Source: Nitrososphaerota archaeon (GTDB lineage: Archaea > Thermoproteota > Nitrososphaeria > Nitrososphaerales > UBA57). From it: a stretch of DNA of 32,000 nucleotides. A program made the position numbers and the translations under genes. The first letter of the stretch is position 1; the number at the start of each line of letters is the position of its first letter. The stretch lies in the NCBI GenBank assembly GCA_016871995.1, contig VHBL01000003.1, positions 90,001-122,000 on the forward strand, written 5' to 3'. The notes below the pieces were generated by a model that was not told the DNA's origin, ran no database searches, and was given only the letters and a program-made list of their open reading frames with translations. Below are positions 22,450 to 30,311 of the stretch, one piece after another.

Positions 22450-24369
22450 CTAGTACAGCCTTATAGCTTCCTCAACATCAGGCATAAGAGTAGGAATCCT
22501 GAACATTCGGGAAACGACATTAGCCAGATTCTCAACCTTCCTCCTCTCCCCATGGCAGATAATCACTTGCTGCAGCTTAGGCCTTAGCTTCCCAATAAAT
22601 CGGATAAGTTGATTATAATCAGAGTGGCCAGAAAAGCCATCTATCTTCTCAACCTTGCAGCCAATATTGACAATCTTCATCTTCCCATCATCGGACATTA
22701 TGGAAACTTCCCTTGCACCGTCAAGTATCCTCCTCCCCATAGTGCCTGCAATCTGATAGGAAACGAACATCAGCCTATTTTTGTCAGACGGAGCAAGCTG
22801 CTCAAAATAATTAATGATAGGCCCTCCTTCTAACATGCCAGATGTAGCCATTATTATCGCGGGGCCCTCACGCAGAGCTTCCTCCCTATTGGATGGATGC
22901 TCTATCATAGTAAAGTAAGGAGATAAGAAAGGATTCGGCCCTCCGCTGGAAACCTGCATACGCAACTCCTTGCTCAAGAATTCTGGATACGCAACATGGA
23001 TGGCAGTAGCCTCAGAGATCATCCCCTCCATAAAGATAGGAGCCTCAGTCAATTGTTTATTCTTCATGTACAGATCCAATACGAGCATTATCTCCTGCGC
23101 CCTTCCAACTGCGGGAACAGGAATCATTACCTTCCCTCCCTGCGAAAGCGTCTCGTTTATCGACTTTACGAGGTTCATCTCTACCTCTTCCCTTGCAGGC
23201 ATAAGGTCTTCCTTTGCCCCGTACGTGCTTTCAGTGATCAGCGTCTCGACTCTGGGATAGTTCCACGTCGTCCCATCAAATAGCATCGTTTTGGCAAACT
23301 TGTAATCGCCAGTGTAAACGATGTTGTGAACACCTTCTCCAATATGCAAATGGACGGTTGCAGAGCCTAGAATGTGCCCAGCATTGTTCAATACTAACTT
23401 AACGTCTGGAGAAATATCGGTTACAGAAGCATACGGAATCGGAATTGTATGCTGGATCATCTGCCTGACATCCCTCATTTCGTAGAGGACGTTCTTGCCC
23501 TCCTGAGCAGCAATCTTTACGTAATCCATGTGCAATAGAGTCATCAAAGCAAGAGTCGGCTCCGTGCAGTAAATTGGTCCCCTGTATCCATACTTGAACA
23601 GTGTAGGGAGATAACCAGAATGATCTAGATGGGCATGGGATATGACTACAGCATCTAGATCGTTAAGGTCAATGTCAGCCCAGTCAAACCTTGGGTAAGA
23701 GTCCCAAGAGTTCTTGGCATTTGGATGTATCCCGCAGTCGAGCAGAATCTTGCTCTCCTTCGTTGTAACCAGCAGAGAAGACCTGCCCACTTGTCTGAAG
23801 CCTCCAAGCGTCATTATCGTGATCTGCGAGTCCTGCGATAGCTTTGGTCGAAAGATGGTCTCGCCCAGAGCCCTGTAGAATCCCTCCCTCTCTTCTGACA
23901 TGGTCTTCAAAACGTGCTGAATGTTCTGCAGGCTTTGCGACTGGATGTGCGGAGCCTTCTTTATCCTGACCCTCCAGCCGATTTTATCGACTAAATCAGT
24001 AGTGTTGAAGCCAGCTTCGGGGGCAAGTATGGAGGGGTTCTTTGCCTCGATAGTAACCTCGCCAGTGGCATCATCAAAGAATATCGTTGCGATTTCAGCT
24101 TCTTTGGGTATTGCAGAGTTTATTATCTGGTTGGCTTCATCCTCAGCCTTCCTTATCGACTTGTCAGTTCTGACGACGACTCTCCTTTTAACAGAATTCA
24201 CAATGTTTGAAATTATATCAGCATGCTCCTGAATGTAGCGGAAGTTTTTAGTGTACAGAGCAATTCTTGGCCCTTCATATTCTACCCTCGTAATGACAGC
24301 TTCTGGAGGGATTATGCTCAGGATTGTGCCCATTATTGTCTGCGTAGGTTGTACCTGCGCCTCAGTCAA
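22450..24369 (-). CDS. fttA: aCPSF1 / FttA: KH-domain beta-CASP metallo-beta-lactamase ribonuclease (archaeal transcription termination factor)
   Basis: 639 aa. Two N-terminal KH-like domains are followed by an MBL motif (VISHAHLDHSGYLP), beta-CASP motifs and a C-terminal ...ICHGE block. The length and architecture are typical of aCPSF1. It uses a TTG start 1 nt after the psmB stop. Confidence 0.9.
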   Translation of the reverse strand: MTEAQVQPTQTIMGTILSIIPPEAVITRVEYEGPRIALYTKNFRYIQEHADIISNIVNSVKRRVVVRTDKSIRKAEDEANQIINSAIPKEAEIATIFFDDATGEVTIEAKNPSILAPEAGFNTTDLVDKIGWRVRIKKAPHIQSQSLQNIQHVLKTMSEEREGFYRALGETIFRPKLSQDSQITIMTLGGFRQVGRSSLLVTTKESKILLDCGIHPNAKNSWDSYPRFDWADIDLNDLDAVVISHAHLDHSGYLPTLFKYGYRGPIYCTEPTLALMTLLHMDYVKIAAQEGKNVLYEMRDVRQMIQHTIPIPYASVTDISPDVKLVLNNAGHILGSATVHLHIGEGVHNIVYTGDYKFAKTMLFDGTTWNYPRVETLITESTYGAKEDLMPAREEVEMNLVKSINETLSQGGKVMIPVPAVGRAQEIMLVLDLYMKNKQLTEAPIFMEGMISEATAIHVAYPEFLSKELRMQVSSGGPNPFLSPYFTMIEHPSNREEALREGPAIIMATSGMLEGGPIINYFEQLAPSDKNRLMFVSYQIAGTMGRRILDGAREVSIMSDDGKMKIVNIGCKVEKIDGFSGHSDYNQLIRFIGKLRPKLQQVIICHGERRKVENLANVVSRMFRIPTLMPDVEEAIRLY

Positions 24370-24370
24370 C

Positions 24371-25024
24371 TCAGCTACCGCCGGAAAAACCTGCTACGAT
24401 CTTCTGCTTCTCTGCCGCGCCAATTTCGCGCAGACCAGACCCATTGATTGTGACGACGTCTATCCCATCTCCGGTGCCCGCATTCCTCTTTATCGCTGCA
24501 TGGACCGCTTTTACTGCAATTGGAACGGCTTCCTTCATCGTCAGGTTCTCCGAAAATTCAGACTCCAGTATCCCGTAAGCTACGGGGGAGCCGCTGCCAG
24601 TAGAGATGAACTTCTCCTGCGTCAAAGAACCAAACAAGTCGACATTGTAGAGGTCTGCACCCTCTTCGTCGAAACCTCCTACCAGAACATCAGCTATCAA
24701 TGGATAGAGCCTTGCAGAGAAGAATATGTTTGATGCAAGCCTTGCAGCACTTTTTACTGGCAATGGCTGCTTTCTTTCAAGCTTGTAGATGCTCGCATTG
24801 TACTTTATCGCATCAATCACGCCCTGAGCGTCTGCTACTCCTCCTGCAATCGTCATAGCAAGATGGTCATCAATCGTAGCAATCTTCCTTACGTGCTGGT
24901 GGGCTATGAAGTAGGTTCCCAGAACCGCCCTAGTATCAGTCCCTAAAACTATGCCGTCGGTGCAGACAAGCCCTACGGTAGTCGTTCCATGTAGTTTCCC
25001 TAATTTGCTATCAGAATTTTGCAT
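24371..25024 (-). CDS. psmB: proteasome subunit beta
   Basis: 217 aa. The propeptide is followed by the catalytic G|TTTVGL processing site (LHGTTTVGLVC), within an Ntn-hydrolase beta-subunit pattern. Confidence 0.9.
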   Translation of the reverse strand: MQNSDSKLGKLHGTTTVGLVCTDGIVLGTDTRAVLGTYFIAHQHVRKIATIDDHLAMTIAGGVADAQGVIDAIKYNASIYKLERKQPLPVKSAARLASNIFFSARLYPLIADVLVGGFDEEGADLYNVDLFGSLTQEKFISTGSGSPVAYGILESEFSENLTMKEAVPIAVKAVHAAIKRNAGTGDGIDVVTINGSGLREIGAAEKQKIVAGFSGGS

Positions 25025-25098
25025 ATCTAGTCTCCTTTAATGGTGAAATTGCTGCAGAAGAGACATGCATCGGGAATTTGCAGAGGTAAATAAATCTT

Positions 25099-25422
25099 TC
25101 AGGCGACTTTGGCCCCAGCAGCAATTTCTTTGTCTGGCTTCAATAGCGACAGAATATCGCCTTCAACGGCTGCCAAGAGCATGACTTCTGATTCAAGTCC
25201 AAAGAGCTTCTTAGGTGCCAGATTGGTTACTACTGCAACGGACTTGTTCAGCAGGTCATCCGCAGCATAATTCAAACCGATTCCAGCAATGCACTGCTTG
25301 CTCTGCCCTCCAATGTCGATCATAAGTTTCAGAAGCTTCTTTGCCCCGGGGACAGGCTCTGCTGAAACTACCTTCCCTACTCTAATATCGATCTTTGTAA
25401 AATCCTCGTATGTAGCTGACAA
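25099..25422 (-). CDS. stand-alone tRNA-binding domain protein (Trbp111/CsaA-like; equivalent to the MetRS C-terminal domain)
   Basis: 107 aa with a TTG start. FTKIDIRVGKVVSAEPVPGAKKLLKLMIDIGG...CIAGIGLNYAADDLLNKSVAVVTNLAPKKLFGLESEVMLLAA is the OB-fold tRNA-binding domain signature. Confidence 0.8.
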   Translation of the reverse strand: MSATYEDFTKIDIRVGKVVSAEPVPGAKKLLKLMIDIGGQSKQCIAGIGLNYAADDLLNKSVAVVTNLAPKKLFGLESEVMLLAAVEGDILSLLKPDKEIAAGAKVA

Positions 25423-25465
25423 CTTTTCGCTTGGCCTTTATGTTGTAGATATTAATCTCTTAGCT

Positions 25466-27124
25466 TTACTTCAGCTTTGCCTTCTGCTCCTGAATCTGCT
25501 CCTTCTCTAACTTCTTGAACAGAATTTCGGGCTTGCCTATTTTGTGTTCGGGCTTGATTGCTAACTCGCCTGCTGAATCCCATCTTCCAAGCTCGATATT
25601 GAGCTGCTTGGCAAGCCTATCTGCAGAGAAAGGTATGTACGGCGCTAGCAGAATTCCTAAAGTTCTTACAGCGTTGATGGAAAGGTATAGACAGTTTTCC
25701 TTCCCAACGTTCTGTTTCCAAGGCGCCTTGTGCTGGAAGTATTCATTGCAGGAAGATGAAAATTCCAAAATGGATTTCAGAGCCTTGTCGAGTTCGTTCT
25801 TCTCTATCTGCCCTCCGACTATAGAAGCAATCTTCCTGATCTTTTCTGCAAATCTATTGTCCACATCTTCAAACCTTGTCGGTTCTGGGACGACTCCTTC
25901 AGCTTTAGACTGCAGCAAGCTCAAGGCTCTGTACAGGAAGTTTCCTATGTTCGCTACCAATTCATTGTTTATCTTTGCCTCAAAATCGTCCCAGTCGAAG
26001 TTTATGTCAGACTGGTCGTAGGGCGTAATCCTTGTCAAATAGAAGCGGAGATAGTCTGAAGGGAACTTTTCTAGGAATTCCTTTAATCCGATGTACCATC
26101 CCCTGCTCTTCGAGAACTTCTTCCCCTGCAACTGCAGGTGCCCTCTCGTTGGAATGTAGTCTGGAAGTTTGAACTCCTCTTGCAAGCCTAACCTCATCGC
26201 TGGCAGGAAAAGGTAGTGATGATAGACGATGTCCTTGCCTATGTAATGGTAGATTTCGGAAGAGTTCCAGAACTCTTTCCCGTTTCTTTTGGTGTTATCT
26301 AGGTGCAAAATTGTCGTGGAAATATAGCAGAGATGGTTGTCGAACCAGCCGTAGAATACTTTCCCTTTGGCCTCGTCAAGAGGTATCGGAACTCCCCAAG
26401 AAATGTCTCTTGTAATATCCCAGTCTCTTAACCCGTCTTCGATCCATTTCAGGACGTAGTTTTTTACCTCTGACTGCAGTTTTTCATTTGAGGTCAACCA
26501 TTTCTTTAGATCTGGAGCAAAGCTCGATAGTTTGAAGAAATAATGCAGGCTCTTCTTCTGGATGGGTATTCTTCCGCATATTGCGCACTTTGGATCTTTT
26601 ATTTCCCCCTGCGTGAAAGCTCTCCCGCAGTTCTCGCACCCGTCTGAATACTGTCTTTCTGCATTGCAATACGGGCATGTGCCAATGATGTACCTGTCAG
26701 GCAGGAACTTTTTGTCGAACTCGCAATACGGCTGAATTATGTCTTGCCTGTAGATGTAGCCCTTTTCGTATAGCTTGGTGAAGAAATACTGAACAAACTT
26801 GATATTTTCCTTTGAGCTGGTCTTGTAGAAAAAGTCAAACGAAATGCCAAGGGCTGTAAAGTCTTCATAGTCCCTTCTGTTCCAAAATGCGACATGCTCC
26901 TCTGGAGTCTTCTTGGCCTTTTCCGCTTCGATCAGGATTGGAGTCCCGAAATCGTCGCTGGCGCAGGTGAATACTACATCGTAGCCCTTCAACCGACTAT
27001 ATCTTGCAAAAATGTCAGGAGGTAAGTATGTTGATGTTATGTGCCCGAGATGGATTTCGCCGTTGGCATAAGGAAGGGCTGCGGTTATGGTAATCTTCTT
27101 GTTGAGTTTCCCGTTCACCTGCAA
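25466..27124 (-). CDS. metG: methionine--tRNA ligase (catalytic core without the C-terminal tRNA-binding domain)
   Basis: 552 aa. The HIGH motif is ANGEIHLGH and the KMSKS motif is KFSKSRG. Zinc knuckles are CPYCNAERQYSDGCENCG and CAICG. The start is the TTG at 27124 or the GTG two codons later. Confidence 0.9.
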   Translation of the reverse strand: MQVNGKLNKKITITAALPYANGEIHLGHITSTYLPPDIFARYSRLKGYDVVFTCASDDFGTPILIEAEKAKKTPEEHVAFWNRRDYEDFTALGISFDFFYKTSSKENIKFVQYFFTKLYEKGYIYRQDIIQPYCEFDKKFLPDRYIIGTCPYCNAERQYSDGCENCGRAFTQGEIKDPKCAICGRIPIQKKSLHYFFKLSSFAPDLKKWLTSNEKLQSEVKNYVLKWIEDGLRDWDITRDISWGVPIPLDEAKGKVFYGWFDNHLCYISTTILHLDNTKRNGKEFWNSSEIYHYIGKDIVYHHYLFLPAMRLGLQEEFKLPDYIPTRGHLQLQGKKFSKSRGWYIGLKEFLEKFPSDYLRFYLTRITPYDQSDINFDWDDFEAKINNELVANIGNFLYRALSLLQSKAEGVVPEPTRFEDVDNRFAEKIRKIASIVGGQIEKNELDKALKSILEFSSSCNEYFQHKAPWKQNVGKENCLYLSINAVRTLGILLAPYIPFSADRLAKQLNIELGRWDSAGELAIKPEHKIGKPEILFKKLEKEQIQEQKAKLK

Positions 27125-27142
27125 AAATATAGTATGTGATTG

Positions 27143-27568
27143 CTAATAAGTATTAGCAGAATTTGGAGAGTAAAGTTTCTCTCCCCTTATCCCTTCATCC
27201 ATTTTGACAAGCTCTTTTTCCTGCATTGCAGATAATTTCTTTGCAATTATTCTCCTTGACGCTGTTCCTCTTTCTGCCTTGACCTCTCTGGTTATCTGTG
27301 AAATATTCAGAGGCTTGCCAGCTTTGTGCAGAGTTTCGAGTATGTGCCTTTCGATATCCCCATAGTTCTGATTCTGTGCAGCGTTCCGCAATGAAGAGGC
27401 CAAGCCTACAAACGAGCCTACTGCAGATACCACGCCTCGAAGAGTTCTGAGTTCCTGCTGCAAGTCCTCTACAGAGCCAGTTTCTTTCAGTAGCAGTTTC
27501 TCTACCCTCTCCAGTCTACCAGCAAGGTCTATCAGCCTTTCTTCAAGGCTCCTCTTGTTCTCTGCCAA
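27143..27568 (-). CDS. hypothetical coiled-coil protein with C-terminal winged-helix domain
   Basis: 141 aa with a TTG start. It has an N-terminal heptad-rich segment (LEERLIDLAGRLERVEKLLLKE...LQQELRTLRG) and a hydrophobic patch (VVSAVGSFVGLASSL). A wHTH-like tail follows (IERHILETLHKAGKPLNISQITREV...). It overlaps the upstream gene by 26 nt. Confidence 0.55.
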   Translation of the reverse strand: MAENKRSLEERLIDLAGRLERVEKLLLKETGSVEDLQQELRTLRGVVSAVGSFVGLASSLRNAAQNQNYGDIERHILETLHKAGKPLNISQITREVKAERGTASRRIIAKKLSAMQEKELVKMDEGIRGEKLYSPNSANTY

Positions 27569-27806
27569 GGCTAATCAGCCTGCCAATGCTCAGCGCTTCT
27601 GAAAAGTCGGGAACCGCGATCTCTGCAAGTCTCTCGGCGGCATCATCTGTAAAACCTTCCTCTTGGAGTATCTTCCTGGCCTTCTCTGTAGTCTTCTTGG
27701 TCTGCCTCTTTGTCCTCCAATATAATGAGAGGTAACCGCGAAAGAGTGCCCCTGACAGTACGCCTGCAGAGGCTAGGACTGACAGCCCTGAGCGTATCTT
27801 GCCCAT
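27543..27806 (-). CDS. hypothetical small protein (hydrophobic N-terminus, basic linker, helical C-terminus)
   Basis: 87 aa. Its ATG lies 2 nt after the stop of the upstream small ORF. Its C-terminal half shares the motif K-x-L-x3-G-[MF]-[ST]-[DE]-[DE]-A-A with the upstream gene product. Confidence 0.4.
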   Translation of the reverse strand: MGKIRSGLSVLASAGVLSGALFRGYLSLYWRTKRQTKKTTEKARKILQEEGFTDDAAERLAEIAVPDFSEALSIGRLISLGREQEEP

Positions 27807-27808
27807 GT

Positions 27809-28156
27809 TCAGTCCTTTTCTTCGTCGTGGTGCCTCTTGTGTATCACTATTCTGCGCCCGCCGCTTCCAACGACCTTTTCAAGTATGGAGACTGGGCTTG
27901 CAAACTGCTGCTCGGTCATCTTCATCGCTGCTTCTTCGCTCATCCCTCCTGCAACGAGTTCCTTGTAGAATACGGATATGGCCCTTGCTCTTTCTCTTGC
28001 CTACTTTTCGTCTGCTGCAAGCGTCATGAGTTCCTTTAGGGGCCCGATGATGTCTTTTAGCAATCCCGGTACTTCAGACCTTACCGTCTTGAGGACTTCT
28101 CTGAGTTCCTCTATGTCTTCCACTTTGTGCCTTCTTTCCTCCTTTTTTCCGCTCAT
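27809..28156 (-). pseudogene. small helical protein ORF interrupted by an in-frame TAG (51 codons + TAG + 63 codons)
   Basis: The ATG at 28156 (MSGKKEERRHKVEDIEELREVLKTVRSEVPGLLKDIIGPLKELMTLAADEK) runs to the TAG at 28001-28003. The same frame continues ARERARAISVFYKELVAGGMSEEAAMKMTEQQFASPVSILEKVVGSGGRRIVIHKRHHDEEKD to the TGA at 27809-27811. The downstream half has no start codon at its 5' end. The 32 codons upstream of MSGKK in the tracked ORF look like promoter sequence (CTATTTTATC box). Confidence 0.45.
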
Positions 28157-28308
28157 GGTGCTATTCTGGTTGTTCACCGATAAAATAGATTGTAATAACA
28201 AGTGAGCATGTGTGAACACATAAAGGCTGGATCCAATAGACCAAAAAGCCAAATTGGCTAAACATCTATATCATTAAATATCATCTTTCCTTATGAGGAT
28301 GCTGAAAA

Positions 28309-28560
28309 ATGGTCTTCGGCCTCCGTAAAGACTCCAAAATGGAGGAAATCTACAAGAAGGGTACAGCGGAGGGTCTATTGCAAGGTTATCTCAAAGCAAA
28401 AGAAGAAATGGAAGGCAGGATACGAGATTTGGAGTCAAAGGTTGAAAGTTTCAAAACGGTAGAGTTAGAGGTAGAGACCTTGTGTGTCCAGCTCAAAACC
28501 GCACAAGATCAAATTAACCTCCTTGGAAGGCTCAATAGACTTACGAAAGACGAAGCCTGA
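28309..28560 (+). CDS. hypothetical small coiled-coil protein
   Basis: 83 aa and heptad-rich (EEMEGRIRDLESKVESFKTVELEVETLCVQLKTAQDQINLL). It is divergent from the small-protein module. I recognise no family. Confidence 0.4.
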   Translation: MVFGLRKDSKMEEIYKKGTAEGLLQGYLKAKEEMEGRIRDLESKVESFKTVELEVETLCVQLKTAQDQINLLGRLNRLTKDEA

Positions 28561-28658
28561 TTTTTACCATGCAAATCAACACACCAAAATAGCAGACTAA
28601 ATCAACAAAGCACAGAAAAGTACGAAAAGGTTAAGTTATCCTTCTGTGATGGCATGAT

Positions 28659-30311
28659 ATGCCGACAAATACGAACTTGATGCAGAAGCCGAAGTACATC
28701 TTCGTAACTGGCGGCGTTATGTCAGGTCTTGGCAAAGGCATAGTCTCCGGTTCCGTAGCCAAACTGCTCCAGCTTTACGGTTTGAAGGTAACATGTGCCA
28801 AGATGGACCCTTACATCAATGCTGATGCTGGAACCATGAACCCGATCATGCATGGCGAGGTCTTTGTCACTGACGATGGAGGAGAAACTGACATGGATTT
28901 AGGCACTTATGAAAGATTCCTAGATGTTAATCTGACAAAAGATCATAACATTACGACTGGACAAGTATACCTTGACGTTATTCAGGCAGAGAGAAGGGGA
29001 GATTATTTAGGAAAATGCGTCCAGATAATCCCCCATGTGACAGACGCGATAAGGGAGCGGATAAGAAATGTTGCGCTGAAGCATGACGTTGACATTCTGA
29101 TTGTAGAATGCGGAGGCACAGTTGGAGACATCGAAGGACTTCCATTCCTTGAGGCCTTAAGACAGATGAGGCTTGAGGATGGCTCTTCGAACAGCATGTT
29201 CATCCATGTCACGTTAGCACCAGTCCTTGACACTGTCGGCGAAGAGAAGACGAAGCCGACGCAGCACAGCGTGCAGGAATTGAGGAGGATAGGCATTCAG
29301 CCTGACATAATCGTAGTCCGGAGCAAGAAGCATTTGACCGACGATTCAAAGAGAAAGATAGCGTTATTCTCAAGCGTGGACATAGGTAATGTAATTTCTA
29401 ACCCTGATGCTGAATCAATTTACAAAGTCCCCGAAACTCTACATGCGGAAGGTATCCTGCAGGCCATCTCTGAACGGTTCAACCTCAAAAACCAGATAGA
29501 CTGGGGAGATTGGGCAAAGATTTCAGATTCATTTGTAGAACCGAAAAATCAGATTCAGATAGCCATGGTAGGGAAATATGCCACATTAGCAGATAGCTAT
29601 GTCAGCGTGAACGAAGCGCTTAGGCACGCGGCAGCAGCCCATAACGCAAAGGCAAAGATGACTTGGATAGAGAGCGAAGAATTTGAAAAGAATCCAAGTG
29701 TGCTGAGAAATCTTGACGAATACCACGGCGTAATCATACCGGGAGGGTTCGGAAAGAGGGGAAGCCAAGGAAAGATACTTGCAGCAAATTACGCAAGGGA
29801 AAGAAACATTCCTTATCTGGGCCTGTGTTTCGGCTTCCAATTAGCAATAGCAGCATTTGCAAGGCATGTGTGTGGCCTTGAAGGTGCAAATTCTACAGAA
29901 CTGGATCCTTCAACAAAACATCCAGTAATTGACATCCTTCCATCCCAGAAAGCGGTCTCTAGCATGGGAGCAACGATGAGATTAGGAGGGCATGACATAG
30001 ACATTGCAGAAGGCAGCATGGCATATTCTCTGTACGGGTCGACGAAGATCAGGCAGAGGCATAGGCATAGATACGAGTTCAACCAAAGCTATCTGGAGAT
30101 ATTCCAGAAAAATGGCTTGAGGTTGAGCGGCTTCAGTGATAACAAGTTAAGAGCGGAGATCCTTGAAATACCATCGCACCCATTCTATCTTGCGACCCAG
30201 TACCATCCTGAATTCCTGAGCAGGCCAGGGAAGCCAGAGCCGGTCTTCAGTGCTTTCATTGAAGCAGCGATACGCAGGAAGCAGCCGATAGTTTCTACTA
30301 TAGGCCTTTAA
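28659..30311 (+). CDS. pyrG: CTP synthase (glutamine-hydrolysing)
   Basis: 550 aa. The N-terminal synthase P-loop-like motif is [13 protein letters not shown]. The C-terminal class I glutamine amidotransferase has GLCFGFQ (nucleophile elbow) and HRHRYE. Confidence 0.92.
   Translation: MPTNTNLMQKPKYIFVTGGVMSGLGKGIVSGSVAKLLQLYGLKVTCAKMDPYINADAGTMNPIMHGEVFVTDDGGETDMDLGTYERFLDVNLTKDHNITTGQVYLDVIQAERRGDYLGKCVQIIPHVTDAIRERIRNVALKHDVDILIVECGGTVGDIEGLPFLEALRQMRLEDGSSNSMFIHVTLAPVLDTVGEEKTKPTQHSVQELRRIGIQPDIIVVRSKKHLTDDSKRKIALFSSVDIGNVISNPDAESIYKVPETLHAEGILQAISERFNLKNQIDWGDWAKISDSFVEPKNQIQIAMVGKYATLADSYVSVNEALRHAAAAHNAKAKMTWIESEEFEKNPSVLRNLDEYHGVIIPGGFGKRGSQGKILAANYARERNIPYLGLCFGFQLAIAAFARHVCGLEGANSTELDPSTKHPVIDILPSQKAVSSMGATMRLGGHDIDIAEGSMAYSLYGSTKIRQRHRHRYEFNQSYLEIFQKNGLRLSGFSDNKLRAEILEIPSHPFYLATQYHPEFLSRPGKPEPVFSAFIEAAIRRKQPIVSTIGL

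Noticed and set aside
28001-28003. TAG as a pyrrolysine or otherwise reassigned sense codon
   Set aside because: TAG terminates several confident genes in the same window at positions matching normal protein C-termini (hom, nadC, AMP phosphorylase, the VOC gene at 8597-8992, UPF0182, vapC). No pyl genes are visible here. Local readthrough or a nonsense mutation remains possible and is reported as a finding.
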